Shown: positions 47,385 to 57,920, numbered from the stretch's first letter. The stretch is 64,000 nt of DNA from Candidatus Sungiibacteriota bacterium (GCA_016186145.1 JACPMF010000006.1:1906-65905), one strand, 5' to 3'. Made by a program: numbers and translations. The notes: generated by a model not told the origin, from the letters alone.

Positions 47385-49577
47385 GTGAAATTAATCCAAT
47401 TTCATCTCTCCGGATTCAAGTCATTCGCTAAACAAACCACTCTCGAATTCCCGCAGCCGGTAACCGCAATTGTCGGTCCGAACGGCAGCGGCAAGTCGAA
47501 TTTGGCGGAGGCCATCCGCTGGGTGCTTGGCGAACAATCAATGAAAATTCTCCGCGGCAAACGCGGAGAAGATTTGATTTTCAACGGAACCCCCGATACT
47601 CCCCGCATGGGTAAGGCGGGGGTACGCCTCGTATTCGACAACCGCGACGGAAAAATCCCGATTGATTTTGAACAAGTTATTTTTGAACGAAAAATATTTC
47701 GTGACGGAACAAACGAATACTATTTGAATAACTCCCAAGTCCGGCTAAAAGACGTTGTGGAGCTTTTGGCCAGAATGGGGCTCGGGGAAACAAAGCATAA
47801 TATTATCGGGCAGGGCGAGGTTGATCGAACTCTTCTTGCCGGCGCCCGAGAACGGCGAGAAATGCTTGAGGAGGCAATCGGCTTACGAGTGTATCAGCTA
47901 AAAAAAGCCGAAGCGGAACGGCGTCTTGAAGAAACCTCGAAAAACATCATACAAGCGCAGGCGCTCTTAAAAGAAATATCGCCGCATCTCCGATTCTTGC
48001 GGCTGCAAGCAGAGAAGGCAGAAAATAGAACCGGGCTTGAGCAGGAGCTTCGCAAAACAACCATCGCCTGGATTCTCTCCTCTAAAAGCGCCATCGAACG
48101 CGAGCTTGCGAAAACTGCCGGGGCTCATCAAAACCAGGAGCTGCGGCTTACAACGCTTTCCGAAGAAATCAGTGCCATAAAAAAGGATATCGCGGAGGCC
48201 GAAGAAAAGCTTAAACAATATAAAATCCTTCAGCAAGGAGAAAAGGAAATCTCCGTATGGGAACAAAAACGATGGGAGCTGGAGCGGGAGCTTGGCAGAG
48301 TCGAGGGAAAAATCGAGGCAGGCGGAGCGGCAAAGGCATCTGTAACGCACGCCGAACGAACCATTGAAATTTCGTACGTGCGCAAACACCTTTCAACCAT
48401 TCTTGATCGGTTGGAAGAAATTCAGGTTATTGATGATCTGGATGACGTTCGCGAGCGTATTGAGTTTTTAGTTTCGTCAATTGAAACAGTGCTCGGCGAA
48501 ATTGAAGAGCAGGCGCGCGGCGAATCGAAGGCAGAAGTAAAAATTGAAGCTGGGGCTCAATTAAAACAGCTTCATGAAAAAATTCAAAAAGAGCTTGAGG
48601 GACTCCACAAAAAGATTAACGATATGCGAGAATCGCTTCGCGACCAGACACGCGCCTTTACGGAAATCCAGGAGGCCTTGCGAGGATATGAGCGCGCGAT
48701 TCGAGAACGCGAAGAAGAGCGCGGCTCAATACAATCGGCAATCCAGCGGTGGCTTTTTGAAAAAGAGCGTATTGCCGAGCGCGAGCAGGAAGTCATAGAG
48801 GAAGAAGGGCGCCAGGCCCTGTCTCCCGGAGAATTTAACGCAATTGTAGAAACCCCTCTTGCGTCACATTCTCCCGATGAACTCACAAAAAAAATAGAGA
48901 AACTTCGGATCAGGCTTGAAGAAGTTGGCGGAATTGATCCCTCGGTTGTCAAAGAATATCGGGATACAAAAACACGGCATGAGTTTCTCGAGAAGGAAAT
49001 CGGGGATTTGGAAAGGGCATTGCGCGATCTTCGGCTTTTGATCAAAGAATTGGATGAAACAATCGAGCGCGATTTTAAAAACGGCTTCAATAAAATAAAA
49101 GAGGAGTTTAATAATTACTTTCGCATCATTTTTGGAGGCGGCAAAGGAGTTTTGAGATATGCGGAATTACGGAACCAAAACGCCGAAAGCGAAGATAGCG
49201 ATGGCAACACCGAGCCGGAATACGGAATAGAAATAGAAGTTGATGTCCCGAGAAAGCGCGTTCATTCAATCGCAATGCTCTCCGGCGGCGAACGAGCGCT
49301 GACATCTATTGCCCTTTTATTTGCGATCACTGCCGTAAATCCGCCTCCTTTCCTGGTCCTCGACGAAACCGATGCGGCGTTGGATGAGGCAAATTCACAA
49401 AAGTACGCGGCGATCCTTAAAGAACTTGCAAAAAAAACACAGTTGATTCTCATTACCCACAACCGCGAAACCATGAAGGCCGCGGGGGTTCTCTATGGCG
49501 TTACTATGGGAAGCGATGGAGTATCAAAATTGCTTTCGCTAAAACTAGATGAAGCCGAGGCTTACACGAATCGGTGA
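47385..49577 (+). CDS. smc: short SMC-family chromosome-segregation ATPase
   Basis: N-terminal Walker A GPNGSGKSN. Long coiled coil. C-terminal LSGGERALTSIALLFAI and D-loop VLDETDAALD. 730 aa. Confidence 0.75.
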   Translation: MKLIQFHLSGFKSFAKQTTLEFPQPVTAIVGPNGSGKSNLAEAIRWVLGEQSMKILRGKRGEDLIFNGTPDTPRMGKAGVRLVFDNRDGKIPIDFEQVIFERKIFRDGTNEYYLNNSQVRLKDVVELLARMGLGETKHNIIGQGEVDRTLLAGARERREMLEEAIGLRVYQLKKAEAERRLEETSKNIIQAQALLKEISPHLRFLRLQAEKAENRTGLEQELRKTTIAWILSSKSAIERELAKTAGAHQNQELRLTTLSEEISAIKKDIAEAEEKLKQYKILQQGEKEISVWEQKRWELERELGRVEGKIEAGGAAKASVTHAERTIEISYVRKHLSTILDRLEEIQVIDDLDDVRERIEFLVSSIETVLGEIEEQARGESKAEVKIEAGAQLKQLHEKIQKELEGLHKKINDMRESLRDQTRAFTEIQEALRGYERAIREREEERGSIQSAIQRWLFEKERIAEREQEVIEEEGRQALSPGEFNAIVETPLASHSPDELTKKIEKLRIRLEEVGGIDPSVVKEYRDTKTRHEFLEKEIGDLERALRDLRLLIKELDETIERDFKNGFNKIKEEFNNYFRIIFGGGKGVLRYAELRNQNAESEDSDGNTEPEYGIEIEVDVPRKRVHSIAMLSGGERALTSIALLFAITAVNPPPFLVLDETDAALDEANSQKYAAILKELAKKTQLILITHNRETMKAAGVLYGVTMGSDGVSKLLSLKLDEAEAYTNR

Positions 49578-49957
49578 CCTCTTCAAAATTTTCCAGAACT
49601 ACGATTTTGACAAATGGAGCCTCGCCGCTTCGGGGAGCCCCTCCCTTACGCTGCGGCTCGGGTTTCCCTTCTCGCGGCTCTCTCCATTTGTTACCAAAAT
49701 CTCCGTAATGGAAAATTTTGGAGTGGTCACCTCAAAAGGTGACGAAAAGGATTTGTCATAAAATCTCCGCAATGAAAAATTTTATGGCAATATCTCATGG
49801 AGGAGGGGGTTGAAATTTTACGGTCGCACTTATCCCATCTTTTGTGGAACACCGTGCCCGCTCGGCTCCGCGAGGCCAGAAAAAAGCATATCGGCCCGCT
49901 TGGGTTAAACCGAAAAATCGTTCTCAAGAAATTGCCTTGGCCATATCTCACCTTCGG

Positions 49958-50003
49958 AGAAATTAAAATAAAAGGCGGACGGTAGGATTAACCCACCGCC
50001 CGC
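49958..50003 (-). terminator. rho-independent terminator for the minus-strand gene at 50024
   Basis: GC-rich hairpin GGCGGACGGTAGG..CCCACCGCC. The minus strand reads TTTTATTTTAATTT after the stem. Confidence 0.6.
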
Positions 50004-50023
50004 ACGCGTTGACGAACTGTCGC

Positions 50024-50569
50024 TCAGACGAACATCACAAGGGCATCAATGACGATGAAAACGAGAAAGAACACTGCGTGAGTGATCTTCTCGTCTCCGT
50101 TGGGCTTCGTCACCTCATACCTCGTGACTTTCCCTTCTGACGTCAGTTCCACAGGGATCTTCCTCGGGATGCAGTTTCTGCTGTACGACCATGTGAAGAG
50201 CCCCGTACCAATGGCAAGTAAGGGCAGGCCGATCGCGAGCTGAAGAAGATCGACGCCCATCACCTTCCAGGCGATCATGACCATCACGAACATACCGACT
50301 CCGGTCTTGCCGAAGTTCGCCGCGTGATCCGTCACGGCCTTGAGCCCTTCGTTGACGGCGGTGCCGACTTCGCGGCCGAGACCGACCCAGCTGCCGACCT
50401 TCTCCACCTGTTGCTTCTGCTCGATCTTCTGGAGAAGATCCGGCGGCAAGTCGGACTTCTTCACCACGATCCGGTCGTCGGCCTGTTGGGTGTCATCGGC
50501 CACGGCCGATGTGACATTGAAGCCCGTGACTAGTGCGAAAACTATGGCGGTGACGAACAATCTCTTCAT
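50024..50569 (-). CDS. hypothetical membrane protein, GC-rich
   Basis: 181 aa with a signal peptide and TM helices. GC is visibly higher than the surrounding DNA. Confidence 0.55.
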   Translation of the reverse strand: MKRLFVTAIVFALVTGFNVTSAVADDTQQADDRIVVKKSDLPPDLLQKIEQKQQVEKVGSWVGLGREVGTAVNEGLKAVTDHAANFGKTGVGMFVMVMIAWKVMGVDLLQLAIGLPLLAIGTGLFTWSYSRNCIPRKIPVELTSEGKVTRYEVTKPNGDEKITHAVFFLVFIVIDALVMFV

Positions 50570-50774
50570 GGTGCTATCTCCCTTCCCGCGTTTTTAGAGA
50601 CGCGGCCCTCTTTTTTCTAAAGTTTGAAAAAGAACCGGCTTACTACTGCAATATAATTATACCATTTCTAATAACACTGAGTCAATAGCTTGTAAAATAA
50701 CGGCTTAAAAACAAAAAAATTGGTTATTTACAAGCGCCGCTTATTTTCTTATAATTTCAAGAGTTGCTTAGAAA

Positions 50775-50815
50775 CGTATCCGCATAAATCTGCGTAGATA
50801 TCTGCGTTTATCCGC
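50775..50815 (+). promoter_or_regulatory. family-3 element upstream of htpX
   Basis: atccgcataaatctgcgtagatatctgcgtttatccgc. Confidence 0.6.
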
Positions 50816-50827
50816 TTCTAAAAATAG

Positions 50828-51745
50828 ATGGCAACACTTTATACCCACAAAGCCGCGAATATAAGAAAAACATGGCTCTTGATGGCCGTGTTTTTTGGGG
50901 TAGTTATCGGAATAGGATGGATAGTCAGTCGAGTTTATGACAACCCGGGGATTCTTTATTTCGCAGTCATTTTCAGTATTTTTATGAATGTACTCTCATA
51001 CTGGTTCTCCGACAAAATCGTATTGAAACTTCACCATGCCGAACCTGTTGATATGAAAGCTCATCCGGAGCTTTATCGGGTATTGGAAAATCTTGCTATA
51101 ACAGCGGGCCTTCCCATGCCGAAATTTTATCTGATCCGCGATCCGGCGCCAAACGCTTTTGCCACCGGCCGCGACCCAAAACATGCAGTCGTCGCAGTTA
51201 CCGCCGGACTTCTTGAGAAACTTGATAGATCGGAACTTGAAGGCGTACTTGCGCACGAACTCTCTCATATCGGGAACCGTGATATGCTGGTATCAACTAT
51301 TGCCGTAGTTCTGGTAGGATTTGTTTCTATAGTTTCCGACATGTTTATGCGCTCCATGTGGTTCGGGGGAATGGGGGGCGGTCGGGAAGAACGCGGCAGG
51401 GCCGGAGGCGTACTCATTATCATCGGAATCGTCCTATCCATCCTCGCACCAATAATCGCTTCGTTGATACACCTTGCCATATCGCGAAGGCGGGAATTCC
51501 TTGCCGATACTTCAGGCGCCCTGCTTACCCGTTATCCGGTTGGCCTTGCTGCGGCCCTAAAAAAAATCGCCGGCTATCAGCGCCCCTTGCGTAGTGCTAC
51601 AAACGCAACCGCGCACCTTTTCTTTGAAAACCCTTTTGGGGCGGACCGCAACGGCACCCGGAAAACGCCGTTTCTAATAAAGATGTTTTCCACCCACCCG
51701 CCGATCAAGGAAAGAATTGCGGCTCTTGAGCAAATAAGGATGTAA
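50828..51745 (+). CDS. htpX: M48 zinc metalloprotease HtpX
   Basis: HELSHIGNRD (HExxH) and four TM segments. Confidence 0.85.
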   Translation: MATLYTHKAANIRKTWLLMAVFFGVVIGIGWIVSRVYDNPGILYFAVIFSIFMNVLSYWFSDKIVLKLHHAEPVDMKAHPELYRVLENLAITAGLPMPKFYLIRDPAPNAFATGRDPKHAVVAVTAGLLEKLDRSELEGVLAHELSHIGNRDMLVSTIAVVLVGFVSIVSDMFMRSMWFGGMGGGREERGRAGGVLIIIGIVLSILAPIIASLIHLAISRRREFLADTSGALLTRYPVGLAAALKKIAGYQRPLRSATNATAHLFFENPFGADRNGTRKTPFLIKMFSTHPPIKERIAALEQIRM

Positions 51746-51748
51746 GGG

Positions 51749-52849
51749 TTGATTCTTATGAGAGACAATTTCGAGCGGCCAAAGGAAATCATCACCGGCG
51801 AAGCAAAGGAGGCCGGACAAGAAATTTTTGCCGCGGAGATAAAAAACGAAGTGGTATGGCAAAATAAAGATGTTGATATGCCGTTCCGGCTTGAAGAAGG
51901 AAAACCGACAAAACTCGGAGTATTTTTAGTCGAACATCCGCAGAAGCGAAGAGAGGGGCTGAAGGTAAGGGCGTTTAACGAACATTTTCGAAGCGCGCTT
52001 CTTGGGAGAGTTGTATTTCAGGATAAAGAAGGGCGCCTATACCGTGATGTTGACCTAAAAGGAATGGGCGGATTAGACCGACGACTCGAACCGAAAATTC
52101 GCGTTGAACCCCTGCGGCCACGCCGTAGGAGCGAGCAAAAATACGAAACCACGTGGGGAATTCTCAACTGGGGATATGCAGAAAATGACCGCGAGCTTTC
52201 GGAATTCTTTACGAAAGAGGGGCTACGGACACATCGGGTTCTTGCAATTATACGGCTTGATGAAGTGCTGGATGAACGGGGCCGCAAAATTTCCGTCACG
52301 GAGGCGCGGGAAAAAGGTTACATTAAAAAAAATGAAGAACCGGTAATTGCAATCCGCGCGTTCGGTACGAAAGCGCGAATTAGCGAGATAAAAAATGAAG
52401 CGCTTTTGAAAGACGCGGAGAAAATGGTCGCGCAGGAATTCGGAATTGATCCGAAAAAATTTTCAGACAAGGAGTATGCCGAATGGTTTGCGAAAACGCT
52501 GGGAGAACAAGTTGGGCGTATCCATCGGCTTGGATACTACCATCGATACCTAACTATTCATAATGTTACGCTCGATTGCAGAATAGTTGACCTTGATACG
52601 GTAATAAAGCTTCCCCGTAATAAGGAGCAGCGGGGGAAGGAGCTTATTAAAGAAGACATCACGGCTGTTTTAGATACGATCGATTTTTTTGACAGTTGTT
52701 TGAACCACCCTGCAGGCAAACGAATTTTGGGGAATTTATTTTGGCAGGGATATCAGCAAGAAGTTGGCGAAAAATTCTTAAGCGAAAACCCGGCGATCGC
52801 TAAATTCATACGTGGTTTACAATTCCTAACGCCACAGCGCAATTTATAA
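51749..52849 (+). CDS. hypothetical protein
   Basis: 366 aa ORF with no recognised motif. Confidence 0.5.
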   Translation: MILMRDNFERPKEIITGEAKEAGQEIFAAEIKNEVVWQNKDVDMPFRLEEGKPTKLGVFLVEHPQKRREGLKVRAFNEHFRSALLGRVVFQDKEGRLYRDVDLKGMGGLDRRLEPKIRVEPLRPRRRSEQKYETTWGILNWGYAENDRELSEFFTKEGLRTHRVLAIIRLDEVLDERGRKISVTEAREKGYIKKNEEPVIAIRAFGTKARISEIKNEALLKDAEKMVAQEFGIDPKKFSDKEYAEWFAKTLGEQVGRIHRLGYYHRYLTIHNVTLDCRIVDLDTVIKLPRNKEQRGKELIKEDITAVLDTIDFFDSCLNHPAGKRILGNLFWQGYQQEVGEKFLSENPAIAKFIRGLQFLTPQRNL

Positions 52850-53018
52850 TACAAAAAGAAGGGTCGCATAATGGGTGAAAAGCGTTTGAATAGCTTTTCA
52901 CGGGTGTAACGAGCACGCCGCAAAGCGGCGGCGCAGTTCTACACCCCGGACGAGTGCGCTCGCTTGTTCCCGATTTGTTTGCGCGGAGCGAAGCGAGCAC
53001 AACTACAAATCGCAATCC

Positions 53019-53105
53019 CGCTTAAAACGGAGGCGTCGCATAGCGGTCTAGTGCGTTCGCTTGGAAAGCGAATATGCCAGAAATGGCATCAGAGGTTCGA
53101 ATCCT
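53019..53105 (+). tRNA. tRNA-Ser (anticodon GGA), class II with long variable arm
   Basis: Acceptor GGAGGCG/CGCCTCC, anticodon loop TTGGAAA, variable-arm stem GCCA/TGGC, T-arm AGAGG-TTCGAAT-CCTCT. Confidence 0.8.
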
Positions 53106-53438
53106 CTCGCCTCCGTTTTGTGCGGGACAAATCCCACCCCTTCCGCCTTCGCTCGCCAAAGCGAGCTACGGCGGACACAGTCCGCACGTAGATCGCGAAG
53201 GAGAGAAGAAATATGCACATAGTTGGAGGATGAGCTGGCTCCGACATGCTTCGAGAAGCCGTGAGAAAATTAAGCGAGCTCCCGATTAAAAAAGCCGTTG
53301 TATCTGCAGAAAAAAATAAATTAGCAGACGCGCCTGACATTTCAAAGATAGTTGGAAAGGAAATACCGCGCGAACAAAAACAAAAACCGCCCCGGCACTC
53401 AAAGAGAAAGGGACAAAAATATTAAAAACATTTTTGCT

Positions 53439-55199
53439 ATGAATTCTCCAACCGAAGAAATCAAATCGCGAATAGACATCGCCGAGCTGGTGGGAGGGTA
53501 TGTGCGCCTTATAAAAGCCGGCTCGAATTTCAAAGCGCTTTGCCCGTTCCATAAAGAAAAAACCCCGTCGTTTAACGTATCTCCAACACGGCAGATTTGG
53601 CATTGCTTCGGGTGCGGCAAGGGCGGCGATCACTTTAAATTTGTAATGGAAATTGAGGGGCTTGATTTTCCGGAAGCACTCCAACTTCTCGCAAAACGAG
53701 CCGGCGTCGAGTTAAAACGCGAAGACCCGCGCATACGCTCGGAAAGAAACCGCACATACGACCTTCTGGAGGAGGCCGCAAAATACTTCGCAGATAATCT
53801 TGAGACAGTATCGGCGATCAAAACATATCTGAAAAAGCGCGGAGTAATCGACAAGACGATAACAGATTTTAGGATCGGGTTCAGCTTTGACTCGTGGGAC
53901 GGCCTCCTTAGACATCTTCATAAAAAAAAATATGCCGATGCGGAAATAGAAAAAGCCGGTCTTGCCATAAAAGGCGAGGGCGGCAGCTGGTACGACCGAT
54001 TCCGCTCAAGAATTATGTTTCCCATAAATGATGTAAACGGACGCGTTGTGGGCTTCGGCGGGCGTATTTTTCAACCCATCGGCGACAGTCAACGGCCAAC
54101 GGCCGAAGCGAAATACATAAATACCCCCCAAACGCTTGTTTATGACAAATCACGCGTGCTGTATGCCTTTGACAAGGCGAAAGAGTCAATCCGCAAGCAA
54201 AACACCTGCGTTATTGTGGAAGGATACATGGATGCGCTCATGTCGCACCAGGCCGGAGTCGTCAACACGGTTGCCGTTTCCGGAACCGCGTTGACCGCAG
54301 AACAGCTCAAAGCAATCCGCCGTCTCGCCGAAACCGTAATCTCATGTTTTGACAGCGATCTCGCAGGCGAAGAAGCCACAAAACGAAGCATTGATCTTGC
54401 CGTGGAGTTTGATTTTGAACGGAAGGCGGCAATCCTTCCACACGGAATTAAAGATCCTGCCGATGCCGTTCTCCAAAACCCGCAAGCGTGGCAAAAAGCA
54501 GTGCTTGAAGCGGTACCAATAACACAGCTCTTTTTTGACAATGCGCTTCTACGATTCAATCCGGAAACCTCCGAAGGGGCGAAAGCAATCGCGGCGGCAG
54601 TTTTGCCGGAAATCAAACGCCTCGCAAACGAAGTTGAAAAAGCCCATTGGATAAAAAAACTCGCCGGCGCCATTAGAATTTCCGAGGAGTCGGTTTGGAA
54701 CGAATTTACCCGCCCAACCCCAGAGACACGCGTGGCAACGACAGCGGAAGCGGTAGAGAAAAGAACCCCCCAGAAAAGCCGGCACGAGCAGTTGGAAGAA
54801 CTTGTACTCGGACTCATGGGGCTTTCCGTAAAAGCGCCCGAAATCTTCACAGGGCTCACCAGTGATATGTTTGTAAAAGAAGCCCACCGTGATATATTCA
54901 ATGAATTGAAACAAAACGCGGGCAAAACCGCTACTCTTGTGCAAATTCAGACAGACCGGCTCAATCATCTAGCCTTTCGGGCCGAAGTTTTTCTTGCCGC
55001 TTCTCCGGATAAAGAAATTGAAGTCGGATCTATAGTCCGAGAATTCAAATCTGAACACTTAAAGCAAAAACGAGACGGTCTTTCCCGAAAAATCGCGGAG
55101 GCGGAAAAAACAGATGAAGAGACAATACTTGCCGCTCTCGTAAAAGAATATAAAGACACATGCGACGAAATTCTAAAAATATCAGCTAAAAAGGTTTAA
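53439..55199 (+). CDS. dnaG: DNA primase
   Basis: Zn ribbon CPFHKEKTPSFNVS..WHCFGCGKGGD and Toprim VIVEGYMDALMSH. Confidence 0.9.
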   Translation: MNSPTEEIKSRIDIAELVGGYVRLIKAGSNFKALCPFHKEKTPSFNVSPTRQIWHCFGCGKGGDHFKFVMEIEGLDFPEALQLLAKRAGVELKREDPRIRSERNRTYDLLEEAAKYFADNLETVSAIKTYLKKRGVIDKTITDFRIGFSFDSWDGLLRHLHKKKYADAEIEKAGLAIKGEGGSWYDRFRSRIMFPINDVNGRVVGFGGRIFQPIGDSQRPTAEAKYINTPQTLVYDKSRVLYAFDKAKESIRKQNTCVIVEGYMDALMSHQAGVVNTVAVSGTALTAEQLKAIRRLAETVISCFDSDLAGEEATKRSIDLAVEFDFERKAAILPHGIKDPADAVLQNPQAWQKAVLEAVPITQLFFDNALLRFNPETSEGAKAIAAAVLPEIKRLANEVEKAHWIKKLAGAIRISEESVWNEFTRPTPETRVATTAEAVEKRTPQKSRHEQLEELVLGLMGLSVKAPEIFTGLTSDMFVKEAHRDIFNELKQNAGKTATLVQIQTDRLNHLAFRAEVFLAASPDKEIEVGSIVREFKSEHLKQKRDGLSRKIAEAEKTDEETILAALVKEYKDTCDEILKISAKKV

Positions 55200-55217
55200 T
55201 TATAGACGGAAGTTCAT

Positions 55218-56414
55218 ATGGTTAAGCAAAAACCGCAAACTAAACCAAAAGTCCCGCTGCCAAAAAAAGACACCTCAAAAAGCGGCAAATCACCGGGGTC
55301 GACAAAGAAAAAACTTCAACCGGCAAAAGGCAAGACAGCAGCAAAGAATCAATTCGGAGACGTTGAAACAAAAATCGACATTCTCGTCAAAAAGGGAAGA
55401 GAACGTGGTTTTGTCACATACTCCGAAATTCTTGCGCAGTTTCCCGCTATCGAAGAAGACATCCCGCTCCTCGAGGATATTTATCGCCGCTTCGAAGAAC
55501 TCAACGTTGAAATTTTCGATACCTCGGAATTCATCAAAATTGACGAAGAGAAGAAAAAGAAAAAAGAAGAATCGTCGCGCGATGACGCTTCAGACTCCGT
55601 GCAAATGTATTTGCGCGAGATCGGAAAAATTCCGCTCATTACCGGGGACCAAGAAAAGGAATTTGCGCGGCACATCGAGCGCGGAGATAATGAGGCGCGG
55701 GAGCAGCTTGCCAAGGCAAATCTCCGGCTCGTCGTATCCATTGCAAAACGCTATGTCGGCAGAAGTCCGCACCTGACGCTTCTCGACCTTATTCAAGAGG
55801 GAAATCTTGGCCTTTTCAAAGCGGTTGAAAAATTTGACTATCGGCGCGGCTTTAAGTTTTCGACATACGCAACATGGTGGATCAGGCAGGCAATTACCCG
55901 CGCTCTCGCGGACCAGGCACGCACCATTCGCATCCCCGTGCATATGGTCGAGACAATATCAAAATTCCAACAGGTAAAACGCCGTCTTCTTCAGGATCTC
56001 GGCCGCGAACCCTTGCCGGAAGAAATTGCCTCCGAGATGGGAATTGAGGTTGAAAAAGCCCACCATATTGCAAAAATTTCTCAAGAAACAGTTTCTCTCG
56101 AGTCGCCGGTGGGAGAAGACGACGAAGACTCGCTTCTTGGAGAATTCATTGTTGATGAAAAGACTTTATCGCCGGCTCAATCAGCCGCGCGAAAACTTCT
56201 TCGTGAACAAATGATGAAAATAATCAATGACCTTTCTCCCCGGGAGCAGAAAATTTTGCGGCTGCGTTTCGGACTGGATGATGGCGTAACGCATACGCTT
56301 GAGGAGGTTGGAAAAGAATTCGGCGTAACGCGCGAACGAATACGGCAAATTGAAGCAAAAGCTCTTGAACGAATGCGAACGCACGGATTGGTAAGAAAGC
56401 TCGAAGGGTATTAG
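55218..56414 (+). CDS. rpoD: RNA polymerase sigma-70 factor
   Basis: Region 2 [37 protein letters not shown] and region 4 [24 protein letters not shown]. Confidence 0.9.
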   Translation: MVKQKPQTKPKVPLPKKDTSKSGKSPGSTKKKLQPAKGKTAAKNQFGDVETKIDILVKKGRERGFVTYSEILAQFPAIEEDIPLLEDIYRRFEELNVEIFDTSEFIKIDEEKKKKKEESSRDDASDSVQMYLREIGKIPLITGDQEKEFARHIERGDNEAREQLAKANLRLVVSIAKRYVGRSPHLTLLDLIQEGNLGLFKAVEKFDYRRGFKFSTYATWWIRQAITRALADQARTIRIPVHMVETISKFQQVKRRLLQDLGREPLPEEIASEMGIEVEKAHHIAKISQETVSLESPVGEDDEDSLLGEFIVDEKTLSPAQSAARKLLREQMMKIINDLSPREQKILRLRFGLDDGVTHTLEEVGKEFGVTRERIRQIEAKALERMRTHGLVRKLEGY

Positions 56415-56417
56415 TAC

Positions 56418-56498
56418 ATGAATTATGAATTGTGAATAATGAATTAGGAATAACCAAATTTTCTATATTCATAATTCATAATTCCTGATTCCTGATTC
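56418..56498 (+). promoter_or_regulatory. family-2 element upstream of murC
   Basis: catgaattatgaattgtgaataatgaattagg...tattcataattcataattcctgattcctgattc. Confidence 0.7.
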
Positions 56499-56503
56499 AA
56501 AAA

Positions 56504-57895
56504 GTGTCCGCAAACTCAAAAATACAACAAGTGCACTTCGTTGGTATCGGCGGTATCGGCGTTTCGGCCCTTGCCCGTTGGTATCACGCACAAAAGTGGA
56601 TGGTAAGCGGATCGGATATTGAACCATCGGAAATTACCGATGCCCTAAAAAGCGAAGGTATTCTCATAACGACAGGTCCACACAAGGCGCAAAACGTGCC
56701 TCCAAATACTGAACTGCTTATCTATACCGCCGCGGCAAAGAAAAACCCGGAGATGGAAGCGGCAAAAAGCCGAAATGTGAAAATACAGAGTTATGCGGAA
56801 GCGCTCGGCGGCATCACGAAAAAATACCTGACGATTGCTATTGCCGGTTCACATGGCAAAAGCACCACTACGGCGCTTATTTCTTTGATTCTCACAAAAG
56901 CAGGATTCGATCCCACCGTCATTATCGGCACAAAGCTCCGTGAATTTGCCAATCCGTACGCATGGCGGGATCTTTGGCTCTCACCCGAGAATAGAAGTCT
57001 CGGCTCGAATTTTAGGGTGGGGTCATCGCCGATTCTCGTCATTGAAGCGGACGAATGGAACGGTTCTTTTTGGAACCATACGCCGGCGCTCACTGTCCTT
57101 ACCAACGTGGACAAAGAACACCTTGACTCCTATAAAACAGAAGCGGGAGTACGCGCGGCATTTAGAAAATTCCTCCTTCGGACGCGGCCCGGCGGGCGAA
57201 TTGTTGTGAATATCGATGACAAACCGGCACGCGACCTGGTAGATAGCTTGAAGAAAAAATATCCGGGCCGATTTAAGCAGAACGTCCATTCGTATTCGGT
57301 ATCCGAAAATACGGCCCCTGAAATCCGCGCCGCTATCCGCCTTCCCGGAAAACATGGCGCTTCAAACGCCCTTGCCGCGTATACTGTTGCAAAAATTTTG
57401 AATGTCCCTGATGAAGTAACTAAACAGACTCTTTCTGAATTTGAAGGAGCGTGGCGGCGATTCGAATACATTGGGACGCTGAGCGGATCGCCGGTCATTG
57501 CCGATTACGCGCATCACCCAACCGAAGTCAAAAAAACCCTGGAGGCGGCGCGAACCCGATTTGGCAAAAAGAAGCTTATTACCGTCTTCCAGCCCCACCA
57601 GATCGAACGAACTCGTGCGCTATTTCAAGATTTTCAGAAAGCTTTTGGTGATGCCGATATCGTATGCTTTATTGATATTTACGAAGTTGCCGGCAGGGAA
57701 CGAGGAATCCGGAATTCAAAAACAAGCGCGTTCAAGCTTGCCCAGTCACTGGCAAAAAACGGAGCAGACGCGCGCTATATTCCGTACCCGAGCAAACTCA
57801 AAGAATTTCTCACGACGGAAGCGGGCTCAAATTCCGTTATCCTCATGCTCGGCGCCGGTTCGATTTGGAATATAAGCAAAGAAATTGTACAATAA
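56504..57895 (+). CDS. murC: UDP-N-acetylmuramate--L-alanine ligase (GTG start)
   Basis: VHFVGIGGIGVSALA and GSHGKSTTT. Confidence 0.85.
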   Translation: MSANSKIQQVHFVGIGGIGVSALARWYHAQKWMVSGSDIEPSEITDALKSEGILITTGPHKAQNVPPNTELLIYTAAAKKNPEMEAAKSRNVKIQSYAEALGGITKKYLTIAIAGSHGKSTTTALISLILTKAGFDPTVIIGTKLREFANPYAWRDLWLSPENRSLGSNFRVGSSPILVIEADEWNGSFWNHTPALTVLTNVDKEHLDSYKTEAGVRAAFRKFLLRTRPGGRIVVNIDDKPARDLVDSLKKKYPGRFKQNVHSYSVSENTAPEIRAAIRLPGKHGASNALAAYTVAKILNVPDEVTKQTLSEFEGAWRRFEYIGTLSGSPVIADYAHHPTEVKKTLEAARTRFGKKKLITVFQPHQIERTRALFQDFQKAFGDADIVCFIDIYEVAGRERGIRNSKTSAFKLAQSLAKNGADARYIPYPSKLKEFLTTEAGSNSVILMLGAGSIWNISKEIVQ

Positions 57896-57920
57896 ATAGC
57901 TGTGTAAACTCCGGCAATTC

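Noticed and set aside
45849-56498. Possible CRISPR arrays suggested by the dense short repeats
   Set aside because: The repeats are 6-8 bp motifs in palindromic direct-then-inverted arrays with no regularly spaced unique spacers. No cas genes are present. They fit regulatory or MITE-like elements instead.
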